64,000 bases of DNA from a virus, in IMG/VR virus record IMGVR_UViG_3300020051_000004. One strand, given 5' to 3'. The notes beneath the pieces were generated by a model, which saw only the letters and a list, made by a program, of their open reading frames with translations, was not told the DNA's origin and did no database searches. Below, piece after piece: positions 36,948 through 47,384 of this stretch (its first letter is position 1; each line of letters begins with the position of its first letter). The position numbers and the translations under genes were made by a program.

Positions 36948-38014
36948 AAGAAACTCGCGGCGAAAAATTCCGAAGAATCGCCAGAAGAAACCGCATCGCT
37001 ATAGCCAACGCCATCAACGACAAGACCCATCCATGCAGCGCCAGAACCAGTTATGGTCCATGATCCTGTTCCAGTTGGCTCTCTAGACGAGCAAAGTTTA
37101 AAGTTTGGGTGAATCAAGCCACTTCCCAAATTATCGTCAAAAGCGTTTGCGTGATATAAAATTAGATTTGACGCTGAATATGGGCGCATTGTTAAGTAGT
37201 AATTCACGCCACTTTGCAATTCAACGCTTTGGCTAAACTCTAGGTAATGAATACCAGCACCAGCAGTTGGCGGCATATTTGTCCTGATTAGGCCAGAGGC
37301 AAGAACAGAAGACCCATTTGAGTCATAAATCAAAGCTGAACCACTAGCATCAGCATCCAACCAAGCCCAACACCCTTTAGCTCTTAGCGGACATTCTAAC
37401 TGAAACTGATTACCAATATTATTAGGGGCCGAACCACTGTTAAAAGTTGAAGAGTTTAATTCTGAAATGGGGATACAGCCAAACGGCGAAATATAAGCTC
37501 CATCTGAATACTGCAAAGAAAATATCGGAGCGCCTTGAAGTGCCGCTGTAGGAGTTAAATTATTAACTAAAATATACGGCCCAAATAAATTTGAATCAGC
37601 AAACGAAGCAATTTGCAAACTTGTTGGAGTTCCAGAACTTACGTCTAATCTTGCCGCCAACCAGTCTCCTTTATTAACATTGGTGACGCCAGATAGCGTT
37701 GTTGGAAAAGACTTATTATCATCAGTGCTGGCGACAACAACAGAAGCGTTACTTGAAGCGGATGCAAGTCTTCCAGTTGGAATACCAGAATCAAGGCTAG
37801 GAAGCTCCAATCTCACGTCCAAAGTACAGCCAGCACTAACACCAGCCGTTCGGAAAAACAGCCCGCTAATATCGCCGCTTTTTGGAGCTTGAAAAACAAT
37901 GGAATATTCCCCAGTCGCCCCATTCACCCCAATATTTGAGATGAAACTAGGAACCGTATCAGCCTCAAGCGGTGGCTCTGGATAAAATCGCGGCGCAATG
38001 TCTTTGTATGTCAT
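36944..38014 (-). CDS. tail-associated beta-sandwich protein
   Basis: last gene of the tail operon; duplicated beta-rich halves. Confidence 0.6.
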   Translation of the reverse strand: MTYKDIAPRFYPEPPLEADTVPSFISNIGVNGATGEYSIVFQAPKSGDISGLFFRTAGVSAGCTLDVRLELPSLDSGIPTGRLASASSNASVVVASTDDNKSFPTTLSGVTNVNKGDWLAARLDVSSGTPTSLQIASFADSNLFGPYILVNNLTPTAALQGAPIFSLQYSDGAYISPFGCIPISELNSSTFNSGSAPNNIGNQFQLECPLRAKGCWAWLDADASGSALIYDSNGSSVLASGLIRTNMPPTAGAGIHYLEFSQSVELQSGVNYYLTMRPYSASNLILYHANAFDDNLGSGLIHPNFKLCSSREPTGTGSWTITGSGAAWMGLVVDGVGYSDAVSSGDSSEFFAASFF

Positions 38015-40212
38015 GATTTTACGATCATTAGGTTAATATTAGCGAACTGAACCCCACTAACAGAATTAATTTTGCACCCAAGGTAAGAATCTCTGCTTAA
38101 CCCGCTTGTCCAACCAACCACATCTCCAGAATTTTTAATTTGCGCCGAAAGATTTGGATTATTCGCGCTAACAATGTTTGTTAAAGCTGGAAAGCTTGAG
38201 TAATCTCCATAAACAATATCAAGATTAATTGATCCAGTGTTGGACGAAACAACTTCCCAACCAGTTATGGTACAGTCAAAAGGAATTTTTGAATAACCTT
38301 TTACTCCAGTGGTTAAACTAGCGCCGCCTATAAATAGGTTGATTGTTCCCGTTTTGAGAGTGTTTAGCTGAGTCTGTAAATTTTCAGATGTAGTATTTAC
38401 ATAAGAAGCTGTCGCAAAAACTCCAGTATCATTTGGCCTCACAACGTCGCCCGTGACAAAATTTCCAGTATCACTAGGGCGAACCACGCTTCCTGTGGCG
38501 AAAACTCCTGTGTCGGAAGGTCTTACGACGTTTCCAGTTACGAATCCGCCAGTTTCAGATGGGCGCACCACATCACCAACAACAAAAGAACCTGTTTCTG
38601 ACGGCCTAACTACAGAGCCAGTAACATAATTACCAGTCTGAGAGTTTAGAAGATTGAATTGGCCGCTAAAATATCCACTAATACCAGAAACATAAGAAAT
38701 CGAAGCATAAGACGAAAGATCAACACCAGTTAAATACCGTCCATCAAAATTAACGAGGATTGTTCCGTTGTCGCCGCTTCTGTTTAAAGTTAAAACGCCG
38801 TTGCCAGTATTGAATTGGCCCGAATAAACAAACCAATTTTCGCCCGAAACACTTTCTCCTGTTCCTTGTAAATCTGTGAAAGTGGTGGTTACAGTTGAGC
38901 CGTCTCTCTTGTAAAGAGACAATGTTTTAGAAGACGAACCAGAAACATTTGCGCCCGTTACATCAGTCAATAAAGGAGTCCACTGACCACTGTGACAAAC
39001 ATAAAGATTTTGGCCGCTTCCTGTTTGATAAAACGTGATTCCATCAAAAGGGCTAATCTGCGGAACTGAGTAACCAGTAAAAATACCACTCCTTTGACCG
39101 CTAGAACCAAACGGCGGAATACCTTCTGTGAAAGTTTTGGCCTCTTGAGGATAGTCTAGAACGCCTGTTAGTTGTCCCGTCCAAAATAGTCCCGTCGAAA
39201 AATCATCATATGGAAGAACCTTGTAGTATAAAATTTCTCCTTTGGGCTGCTCCTCTTTATCTATTTGTAAAGAATAAGAAATATCTGAATCAAAAATAGG
39301 AACACTTTTCAGTAAGTTTCCGCTATTAGGAGAGAAAGAAGAATTTGCGCCTGTGAAAACATCAAATTGCCTGACCAAAAACTTCGTCCCATTATCTGGA
39401 ACACTTAAAAATAAACTAACAGCGCCCGTTTGACCCTCTGAATATCCAGAAACTTGCGCCGCATTAATTTGCGCGGGCAAATGATAAATTGTGAAATTGC
39501 TAAAATTAATTTCTGCGTTTTCTTGAAGCCTAAAATTTAATTGATAATAACGATGAGCTTCGCCAGCAAAAGCCTCCTTGTTTTGCTCGTAAGTGAAAAC
39601 ATAGTTCGTAGAAGAAATACCGCTTCTAAAATTAGAGCCGCTAGGAGCAACGCTTCCTCCCGTGTGATAAACATCAAATCCAATGGAAACGTCAACAAAA
39701 CTATTCGCCAAATCAAAATCATTAGAAATAGCGTTCCCAAACCGATCCTCGAATTGAAAATCGAACGGCACATCTTTTTTCAGCGCTACAGAATAGCCAA
39801 TGCCCGTTCCATTTGATCCGTCAGAAGGAACAAAAGAAGAAGGAAAACCAATATCAGGAGGACTCTCGAAAACAAATGGCGCGGGAGTAGTTGTTGGCGC
39901 TGGTGTTGTCGGGGGTGGCGTGGTTGGCGTGGGAGTAGTTGTGGGAGGAGGCGTCGTTGGCGGCGGGGTAGTCGGCGGCAACGTCGTCGTGGGCGGCAGT
40001 GTAGTAGTCGGAGGTGGAGTTGTGGTCGGCGGAGGCGTCGTCGTAGGGGGTGGCGTTGTCGGCGGAGGAGTCGTTGGTGGTGGGGTTGTGGGTGGCTCTG
40101 TCGTGGGAGGCGGAGTCGTTGGCGGAAGTGTAGTAGTTGGAGGAGGCGTTGTCGTAGGTGGCAACGTCGTCGTAGGTGGTAAAGTGGTGGTAGGAGGAAG
40201 AGTAGTTGTCAC
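38011..40212 (-). CDS. tail fibre-like protein with mucin-like Pro/Thr N-terminus
   Basis: follows J with a GTGA overlap; about 110 aa of P/T repeats; 14-aa repeats; C-terminal GVKGY..IPFDCTITGW domain. Confidence 0.7.
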   Translation of the reverse strand: MTTTLPPTTTLPPTTTLPPTTTPPPTTTLPPTTPPPTTEPPTTPPPTTPPPTTPPPTTTPPPTTTPPPTTTLPPTTTLPPTTPPPTTPPPTTTPTPTTPPPTTPAPTTTPAPFVFESPPDIGFPSSFVPSDGSNGTGIGYSVALKKDVPFDFQFEDRFGNAISNDFDLANSFVDVSIGFDVYHTGGSVAPSGSNFRSGISSTNYVFTYEQNKEAFAGEAHRYYQLNFRLQENAEINFSNFTIYHLPAQINAAQVSGYSEGQTGAVSLFLSVPDNGTKFLVRQFDVFTGANSSFSPNSGNLLKSVPIFDSDISYSLQIDKEEQPKGEILYYKVLPYDDFSTGLFWTGQLTGVLDYPQEAKTFTEGIPPFGSSGQRSGIFTGYSVPQISPFDGITFYQTGSGQNLYVCHSGQWTPLLTDVTGANVSGSSSKTLSLYKRDGSTVTTTFTDLQGTGESVSGENWFVYSGQFNTGNGVLTLNRSGDNGTILVNFDGRYLTGVDLSSYASISYVSGISGYFSGQFNLLNSQTGNYVTGSVVRPSETGSFVVGDVVRPSETGGFVTGNVVRPSDTGVFATGSVVRPSDTGNFVTGDVVRPNDTGVFATASYVNTTSENLQTQLNTLKTGTINLFIGGASLTTGVKGYSKIPFDCTITGWEVVSSNTGSINLDIVYGDYSSFPALTNIVSANNPNLSAQIKNSGDVVGWTSGLSRDSYLGCKINSVSGVQFANINLMIVKS
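38410..38635 (-). repeat. five 14-aa repeats (TGxFVTGxVVRPSx) inside the tail fibre
   Basis: visible in the translation. Confidence 0.85.
39877..40212 (-). repeat. PTT(T)(L/P)P low-complexity repeat
   Basis: visible in the translation; codons are diversified. Confidence 0.9.
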
Positions 40213-43200
40213 TGCTTAATTTTTATTCCCGCGAAAATGCTGTTGTTTCTGATTGGTGCTGAGTAAGATAACACTACAATACCTGAAGAATTGGTTGGCC
40301 CAATAGGATTAGGAATAGATTCCTCATTTCGTGCCGAAACTTTAAAAACAAATCGGCCCGCTTGAGTTTGATCCGTGAAAACTGCATGGTTTCCAGTTGT
40401 TCTTCCTGTAATCGAATTGAACTTTGGCGTGATTAATTCGTAATCATAGCTCGTGGCATTAGAAGCTGCTTGCCAACTTCCAGAAATGTCTATAGAGTCC
40501 GCTTGTTGGTCGTAGTTTCCAGTAGTTACAGAATTTATAACAGGGTATCCAAGCTGATACAAGAAGCTCTGCCGAATAGTTTCGGAACCCTGAGTAGGAG
40601 AAGTGACGTTAGGATAATTATTATAAAAATCAACTAAACTTTGGCCGCTTTCAATTTGTCCGAACTTGCCAGTGTCAAATTTAATCGCCGCCACTTCATA
40701 TTCTACAGAAGAAGATTCTTTAACTGTAGTGAGTTTGTAAATTTCCTGTTGAAGGCCGCTTAGAGTAACCGAGTAAATGCCGCCAATTTTAGCTTTGTCT
40801 AGCAAAGCAATGTTTTCGCCCGTCGCATTTAAATATAATTTTGATCCAAAAGAAAGATTTTCGTGCCCAGTAATTGAAAACGTCGCGATTTGCGGAACGT
40901 CATTCGCATACAAGTAGTTCATACTGAGTTTAGAAGGACTAACGGCGCGATTGTAGTAATCCGCGTAAGTATTTTGCCCAGTAGGAATAAACAAAGAAAC
41001 TTCGTTGAAAAATTTGGCCGAATCAAACGAATCATCGACTCTCAAAATTCTATTGGAATAATCAATATCCAAAACACGGCCAATGTTTTTTTGCAACGAT
41101 TTAAGATCATCCTCGACACTAATCAAATCTCCTGGCTTGCAAGATAAAATTTCGGGGCCGCAAACAAATGATACCGCCTGATTCTCATTAACTGTAGAGT
41201 AAATTACGTGTTTACCAATGCGGTTAGCGTGAGCACGCGAGGTTATTCCATAAGTATCAATTTCAGTTCTTAAAACGCCGCGCTTCTTAATGTCTTCCGA
41301 GTCTTCAATGTATTCAACCTTTGCTTTAAAAGAGTCGTCACGGTCAAAGTAGTTGACTTCCAATGTGTTATACTGCTCGTCTCTACGAGAGTTTGTGTAA
41401 TTGAAAATTCCCTCACGAACATTTTGGTTATTGAAAAACGCTTTAGGAAGTTTTACTCGGTCATCAGTAAAGTCAATATAAGAATTTGAGTAAAAAACAT
41501 TACCACGGAATGCCGCCGAAATATTTTGAATCGCGTCAAAAACATTCACATTGTCGCCAATGATAATATTGCAAGAATATCTTGGTTCTAATCCACCAGT
41601 TGCACTAGGAACACCAGTAAAAACGCCATCATCATTTACAGCATCACAAAAGCGACCGATTTTATAAAGCTCCCAAACGTTCACATCGCTCGCTTCAATG
41701 AAATTGCCAAGCCCGTATCTCTTGTTGGTCAAAAGATCAAAAACAATCCACACAGGGTTATCGCTCCACGCTTCTTTAAATGTTCCGTCCCATTCTCCAT
41801 TGTAGATAATTTTATCAGATTCAGGCGCGGCAATAAATTCTGAGGTCGTTTTGTATAGCCTTTTATCTGTTCCATTTGTGCGAAGAGGATAGTAGTTGCT
41901 AGGAACAAGAATCCTTTTTAAGCGAGCGTCGTAAGAACGAGGAGGCAGGCTCGAAAGTGTTCTTGAGTCTAATTTGACGCCAACAATAGCCGAGTTAGGA
42001 TAGGAAAATTTAGCATTGATAATCTCAGTAACTTTTTCAAGAGAAATTTCGCGCCGAATCAAAGAAGAATACGTCTCTGGTGTTAGTCGTGTGACTCGAA
42101 TATAACGAAACGATCCATCAGTTGACTGAGGAATAGCTAAAGCAGACGCCACATTATCTGGCCCCTGAATAAACCGAGAGTAAGACGCCAAACTATTAGC
42201 ATTTTCAGTGCGCCCAATATCAATTAAAACGGGCGATTCTGTTAACCCAGTAATCTGAAAATCAAGGATTTCTGTGGGGTCTCGCTCTACGCCATTTAAA
42301 TCTTGAAGACCCATTTCGATGCGAAACTTAACAAGCGTTGGGATTCTTGTTCCAGCGTCAATGTTTTCGCCGATACCTTTAATGTCTTTTGTTTTTTCAA
42401 CAGTGTCACTTAAAACGCGCACGCCCATTGTTACGTAAACAGATGAAACGTTAGGGTTTTTAATTACATGAGTAACAGCATTAGGTTCTTCGTCAAATTG
42501 AGAATATGATCCAGCACTCCAATTTGAATAGCTTTTTCCGCCGCGAGTGTCGTTTGAACCTTCAAAATCACCAACGGCAATAAGAGATGCTGCGATTTGT
42601 TTTTTAAAGCTATCTATCTTATAAGTTACATCCGTAATCTTTTCGTCCGATACGTTTTCTTCAAATGGATTGCTCTGTCGATCAAATGCCATTTGGATTT
42701 CAGACTTGTACTCATACTTCTTTAATGAACGAGTGAATACATCTCCAGTTTTTGTAAAAATAAACTTGTAAAAAGTGTCAGGCTTAGTTGTTAGGAATTC
42801 GTTTTCGGATAATTTGATTGCGCCGTCTTTTCTTTTTTTTGGCCATAAAACCTCTACTTGAAAGTTGCCGTTGTCGTTCAAATAGACCTGTTTAAGCTTT
42901 CTTAGGCCCCTGTTTCTATAATTTCGCGCCGCCTTATAGAACTTTCCATTTTTCAAGAGAAATTCTTGCAAATTCCATTCTTCAGCTAGAAAATTTCTAT
43001 CTTCTTCTGAAATGTAAGCTCCTTCTTGGAAAGATGTGTATTCAAATGGAGATGGAAAAATGTCAATGACGCCATTTTTAGGTATTTTTGGCGCAAAATT
43101 TTTAATTCTAGGAGTTTGACCCTGAGTAGAGAAAGGGCCAAGCAACTTGATCCCGTAGTTTTTGTCAAGGTAAGTTTTATCAAAAAACCCGAGAGATGAC

Positions 43201-44291
43201 TGAAGTTCTTCGCCGTTTTTTATTTCAGCGAGAATATTATAGTAATTATACTTTTCCGAAGAAAAGTCAATCATGTAAAAATTCTTAACATTAGAAGAAA
43301 TGGCCTCGACTGTTTCATGGGTTGGATAACCATTCTCCTGAACGCCAAAGATATAAATGCTGCCGCAAATTTTAACGTCGCTTGTAGAAGCTCCAAGACT
43401 TAAATACGACATGTCTAGCCACCTAAGAGGTCTTAAAACTCGACGCTTACCAATTTCAGAAATTTCTAGCTTCTCAAAAACATAACTTGAAATATCAGAA
43501 TCTAAGTAAGCTGAGCAAAATTTATTAACGCCGAATTCCCCAGCATCCTGAACTGGTCTGGATGATTGAGAGTAGAAATCGCCAAGGTTAATCTTGATGC
43601 AAAAAAACGGATAATCCGTTGACGATGGAAAATCTTTCAGTAAGCTTGTCTCTATTGACGAAAAAGTAGAGTAACCATCAAACCTTAAAAGTTTTTGGCG
43701 CGAAATTGATTTACAAGTACTGTCTTGTTTCTTATCAACGGATACTCTTTTTAGGTCGTTAATCCCGCGAAGTATGCATTTAGCAATATTTGTTTTGCCG
43801 CTAACTATTTCTGCTGAAATATTCCCAGAATCTACAAAGTGAAATTTATAAGGGTCGCTTACATTTCTATCGCTTTGGTAAGAGCCGTCTTGAAGACTTA
43901 ACGAAGACAAGCTTTTGTCAATTGTTTCGCCGCTTTCATTTTTCCAAACGTTCGAGATAGCGGCAGCTAAATTTTCCAAAGAAACGCTTGCTTTTTCAAT
44001 ACTCTCATCAAAAGGATTGATTGTCTTTTTAACGGGAACGTCATCAATATAAATGCTTTCAAAGATTCTGTACCCATCAACAATTTCGCCGTTTTGATTG
44101 ACTAATCCTTCAATTGGACCTTCTCCAAGCATGTCAATACTCTCACTATAGGAATACGACGACAAGGAACGCAGTTTCCCGAGCTTTGGGGGCAAAAGGG
44201 TGGCTGGAGGCGGAGGATCAGGACGGTCTTGTTTTTTGCCGCCGCCAGCGCCATGAATTAAGGAGAAGTTTCTGGTTAAAAAGTGTTTCAA
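40209..44291 (-). CDS. tail tip / host-specificity protein J-like
   Basis: HGAGGGKK; LGEGPIEGLV; YPNSAIVG; WDGTFKEAWSDNPVW; EPRYSCN. Confidence 0.9.
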   Translation of the reverse strand: MKHFLTRNFSLIHGAGGGKKQDRPDPPPPATLLPPKLGKLRSLSSYSYSESIDMLGEGPIEGLVNQNGEIVDGYRIFESIYIDDVPVKKTINPFDESIEKASVSLENLAAAISNVWKNESGETIDKSLSSLSLQDGSYQSDRNVSDPYKFHFVDSGNISAEIVSGKTNIAKCILRGINDLKRVSVDKKQDSTCKSISRQKLLRFDGYSTFSSIETSLLKDFPSSTDYPFFCIKINLGDFYSQSSRPVQDAGEFGVNKFCSAYLDSDISSYVFEKLEISEIGKRRVLRPLRWLDMSYLSLGASTSDVKICGSIYIFGVQENGYPTHETVEAISSNVKNFYMIDFSSEKYNYYNILAEIKNGEELQSSLGFFDKTYLDKNYGIKLLGPFSTQGQTPRIKNFAPKIPKNGVIDIFPSPFEYTSFQEGAYISEEDRNFLAEEWNLQEFLLKNGKFYKAARNYRNRGLRKLKQVYLNDNGNFQVEVLWPKKRKDGAIKLSENEFLTTKPDTFYKFIFTKTGDVFTRSLKKYEYKSEIQMAFDRQSNPFEENVSDEKITDVTYKIDSFKKQIAASLIAVGDFEGSNDTRGGKSYSNWSAGSYSQFDEEPNAVTHVIKNPNVSSVYVTMGVRVLSDTVEKTKDIKGIGENIDAGTRIPTLVKFRIEMGLQDLNGVERDPTEILDFQITGLTESPVLIDIGRTENANSLASYSRFIQGPDNVASALAIPQSTDGSFRYIRVTRLTPETYSSLIRREISLEKVTEIINAKFSYPNSAIVGVKLDSRTLSSLPPRSYDARLKRILVPSNYYPLRTNGTDKRLYKTTSEFIAAPESDKIIYNGEWDGTFKEAWSDNPVWIVFDLLTNKRYGLGNFIEASDVNVWELYKIGRFCDAVNDDGVFTGVPSATGGLEPRYSCNIIIGDNVNVFDAIQNISAAFRGNVFYSNSYIDFTDDRVKLPKAFFNNQNVREGIFNYTNSRRDEQYNTLEVNYFDRDDSFKAKVEYIEDSEDIKKRGVLRTEIDTYGITSRAHANRIGKHVIYSTVNENQAVSFVCGPEILSCKPGDLISVEDDLKSLQKNIGRVLDIDYSNRILRVDDSFDSAKFFNEVSLFIPTGQNTYADYYNRAVSPSKLSMNYLYANDVPQIATFSITGHENLSFGSKLYLNATGENIALLDKAKIGGIYSVTLSGLQQEIYKLTTVKESSSVEYEVAAIKFDTGKFGQIESGQSLVDFYNNYPNVTSPTQGSETIRQSFLYQLGYPVINSVTTGNYDQQADSIDISGSWQAASNATSYDYELITPKFNSITGRTTGNHAVFTDQTQAGRFVFKVSARNEESIPNPIGPTNSSGIVVLSYSAPIRNNSIFAGIKIKQ

Positions 44292-44989
44292 TTGTTTGTT
44301 TGAATTTCGTCTTGGTTGTCAACGTAAGCCATGTATGAACCGCCTTTTTTTGTGGCTGTTTGGGTAAATTCGTTAAAGATTGGCAGACCGTTCTTCTCGT
44401 CAAATTTGGCAGGGAAACTTTTAATGGTTGATTGAATCACGGCAGAACCGATTCTTAGTCTGCCATATCCAAGAGGCACGGGGTTCCCTTGTTCAGCAAC
44501 ATTTTCGCCATTTGAGAAAAGAAAGGATTTATTTAGGGCATTTGCTCTGGCAGAAGCAGAGCCAGCGTCTTTGGCTGTTTGACCAGAATCCTTCATTAGC
44601 AAATTTGAAATACCATAAGAAAGAGCTGCCGATCCCACGGTTATCAGAATAGTTGACAATAAAGCGTAACTTGTCCCAAGGGTTCCAGCATAAAGACCCC
44701 CTACTGTGGCTACAACACCAATAACAGCCGCCACTCCAGCGCTACCAATGATAGAAGGAACAACATGAACCTCCTTGATATTCTTGATAGACAATGGAGA
44801 ATGCTCTAACTTTCCATCAACAACTAAAGAATAGTGAGCGCCTTTTTTGCTTAATTCAATGATCCTATTGCAGAATCCAGTTTTGTTTGCATCAATAGCT
44901 TTTAACGCATCGCTGGCACGGGAAAGCGAAAATTTAAACTTTCGCCCAAATTCCTTTCCTAAAAGTCCGTGAACATAAACAGTTGTCAT
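44288..44989 (-). CDS. tail assembly protein I-like
   Basis: VHGLLGKEFGR...NVAEQGNPVPLGYGRLRIGSAVI. Confidence 0.9.
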   Translation of the reverse strand: MTTVYVHGLLGKEFGRKFKFSLSRASDALKAIDANKTGFCNRIIELSKKGAHYSLVVDGKLEHSPLSIKNIKEVHVVPSIIGSAGVAAVIGVVATVGGLYAGTLGTSYALLSTILITVGSAALSYGISNLLMKDSGQTAKDAGSASARANALNKSFLFSNGENVAEQGNPVPLGYGRLRIGSAVIQSTIKSFPAKFDEKNGLPIFNEFTQTATKKGGSYMAYVDNQDEIQTNN

Positions 44990-45366
44990 AGCGCATCCTT
45001 TAACCTGCTTAGATTTACACTGTCTAGTTCATTAGACTCTGGAACATACAGTGCAAATTTTCCTTCTGGCACGGAATAAACAACGAACGGCAAACAACAG
45101 TTCTCAGAAGTCGCCTCGTCAAAAGCTGAAAACTGCGAATCCCCATAAATATGGGAATGAAGAACGGCCAAAAATAAATAATTACTTTTAAATTCTAAAA
45201 ACTCAAGAGGATCAACGGCGAAATAATTTTGAGGGTCGGGCGAGCGGTTTTTAATTAATTTTAATTCGGCGCTTTCTTCTTTCAAGCCCAAGAATGCAAT
45301 AATTTCCTTATTATTGTCGGAAATCGCGCTAGTTTTAAAAAGCTCTAAACAGTCTTTTATAGTCAT
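44986..45366 (-). CDS. tail assembly protein K-like (JAB/Mov34 domain only)
   Basis: EIIAFL...VLHSH...FSAFD. Confidence 0.8.
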   Translation of the reverse strand: MTIKDCLELFKTSAISDNNKEIIAFLGLKEESAELKLIKNRSPDPQNYFAVDPLEFLEFKSNYLFLAVLHSHIYGDSQFSAFDEATSENCCLPFVVYSVPEGKFALYVPESNELDSVNLSRLKDAL

Positions 45367-46343
45367 TGCGAGCCTTTCGAGTAACGATCAACTGCTGGAT
45401 AGCCGCCAAAAGACATACTTCTATCTTCTTCTGGGATACCAAAACACAATGGGTTAGCGATTGTTGATCCGTCAATGTATGAAATTCCTGTTTGAAGAAA
45501 TCTTTTATCGCAAGCAAAAACCTTTTTTGAGCATCCTTCTTTTTCCCAAGTAGTTGGACTTTGCGTAGGAGAGTTTGTCTCGTTGGAAACATGATCAACT
45601 GTTGAAACGTAGTAAGTTTTATAAGGGTCTTTGCCCAAAGGAACAAAGCAGTGGTCGCCGCTAGAATAGTTATGGCCGTATTTCCATTCTTTTTCAGCGT
45701 CTTGAAAATTAAATTTACCTGTAGGAGCAACTGAAAACGGCGTTCCATCTTCTTTTTCAACAAGCGGCCCCCAATAATTGCATCCGCATCCGCGATACTG
45801 AAAAGAGCAATAATTACTAGAGATTTTCCTCCCAGGAATTGTGTAGTCGCTCAAATCGTAGGGAACCGTGCATTCAAATTCTACCATGTCTCGGTTTTCG
45901 CCGAGTTTTTGAGACAAAACGAACGTATCAACAATCTCTTGAGTTGGGTCAGGAGTTCCAAAAGGATTTTCGCCGCCATCAAAATTTCGATCATCCAAGA
46001 ATCTCATTTGAGTGCGAATGCGAGCAATTTTCGCATCTTTCAAGTCGTTCTTTTTGCGGAGAATCTGGGAGATTAGCAGGTTTTCATTGCTGATGCGGAG
46101 TTTTGGCCGTTGGATTCTTCCTAGCGAACCATATTCAAGATTCTCGATTTCAATAGGAAGAGCGTTATATTGAACGCCTTGCCAGTAAATAGTGTTGCCA
46201 TACCCATTTGTGGACGAGCACATAGGGTAAAAGCTACTTGGCTCATTTACGGGATCGTAGTAAAGGCGAAAAAACTCCACCTGCTGACTTCCAGGGTCGT
46301 TAATGGAAAGTAGTCCTGCAATAAATTTTTCGGAAAGAGCCAT
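45363..46343 (-). CDS. minor tail protein L-like
   Basis: IYWQGVQY.ALPI; CSFQYRGCGCNY; CSKKVFACDKRF; FGGYP. Confidence 0.9.
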   Translation of the reverse strand: MALSEKFIAGLLSINDPGSQQVEFFRLYYDPVNEPSSFYPMCSSTNGYGNTIYWQGVQYNALPIEIENLEYGSLGRIQRPKLRISNENLLISQILRKKNDLKDAKIARIRTQMRFLDDRNFDGGENPFGTPDPTQEIVDTFVLSQKLGENRDMVEFECTVPYDLSDYTIPGRKISSNYCSFQYRGCGCNYWGPLVEKEDGTPFSVAPTGKFNFQDAEKEWKYGHNYSSGDHCFVPLGKDPYKTYYVSTVDHVSNETNSPTQSPTTWEKEGCSKKVFACDKRFLQTGISYIDGSTIANPLCFGIPEEDRSMSFGGYPAVDRYSKGSQ

Positions 46344-46374
46344 GAAGTTTTTTAGTAATGTATATTAGCAACCA

Positions 46375-46872
46375 GTGACTAATTTACACACCCTAGACCC
46401 AGAATTACTCCTAATCAGCGGCAAAGAGCTAAAACAAGCTCGCCAGCAGGTCTTCCCTTTCTTCTTGGAGTTTTGCCTACAAAGAAATCCGCTTCCATGG
46501 TTCACTGGGGGTTTAGCAGAGAGACAAGATCAAATCAAGAAATACTTCCTAGACACTTTCACCGAGGAAAAAGATTTAATTCTTCGCGCCGAAGGAAATT
46601 CTTTAACGGGATTAGCGCTTTTCGACCCTCAAAATTGGAGCTTAGAAGGAGAAGTGGCCAATTCTACCATTGAATTAGTCATCGCAGCAAGTTTGCAAAA
46701 AAATCCATGGCGAGACAAAAAAGATTTTAAAATTTTAATCGCGGCCTATAAAAATTACAAAGGCCGAGACATTGTGGGCATGAACATCAATAGAGAATGG
46801 AAGAGGGCGAAATTCAAGAATTATTGCCTTAAACTAGGATTTCAGGAAAACCAAGGATTATTTATTATATGA
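46375..46872 (+). CDS. hypothetical protein
   Basis: 165-aa ORF. Confidence 0.6.
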   Translation: MTNLHTLDPELLLISGKELKQARQQVFPFFLEFCLQRNPLPWFTGGLAERQDQIKKYFLDTFTEEKDLILRAEGNSLTGLALFDPQNWSLEGEVANSTIELVIAASLQKNPWRDKKDFKILIAAYKNYKGRDIVGMNINREWKRAKFKNYCLKLGFQENQGLFII

Positions 46873-47384
46873 GTAAAAACTTTACAAACGCTACTAAATT
46901 CGGGCCTCAAAATACCGAAACAGATATTTGGCTTACTCCTCAGTGGATAATTGACAAGATTGGCCCTTTTGATTTAGATCCATGCGGTCATTTACCAAAT
47001 GGTCGGCCCATTGTAAAAACAGCAGAAAATTACTTCACAGAACTGGAAAACGGATTAATTCAGCCGTGGTTTGGAAATGTTTTTGTTAATTTTCCATATT
47101 CAGACTCATTTAATTGGCTGGAAAAGTGTAAAAACGAGTTTTTATCTGGCAATGCAGAATCCATAACAGTCTTATGCTTTGCCAGAACGGAAACAAAGGC
47201 TTGGCAAGAAAACGTGAATCAAGCGACAGGAATTAATTTAATAAAGAGGCGCATTAAATTTCTCTCGAAAGACGGAATTGAGAAAAGCAATGGGAATGCC
47301 CCGAGTTGTTTAATCGCGTTTGGAGAACAAGCGTTCAATAAAATTAAAAACGTGGATGGAATCTTTGTAAGAATTGAAAAATAA
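46869..47384 (+). CDS. phage Dam-type N6-adenine DNA methyltransferase
   Basis: WLTPQWII..GPFDLDPC...NGLIQPWFGNVFVNFPYS...ARTETKAW...RIKF. Confidence 0.85.
   Translation: MSKNFTNATKFGPQNTETDIWLTPQWIIDKIGPFDLDPCGHLPNGRPIVKTAENYFTELENGLIQPWFGNVFVNFPYSDSFNWLEKCKNEFLSGNAESITVLCFARTETKAWQENVNQATGINLIKRRIKFLSKDGIEKSNGNAPSCLIAFGEQAFNKIKNVDGIFVRIEK

Noticed and set aside
39800-40219. Gly/Val-rich plus-strand ORF
   Set aside because: It is the antisense shadow of the Pro/Thr repeat.
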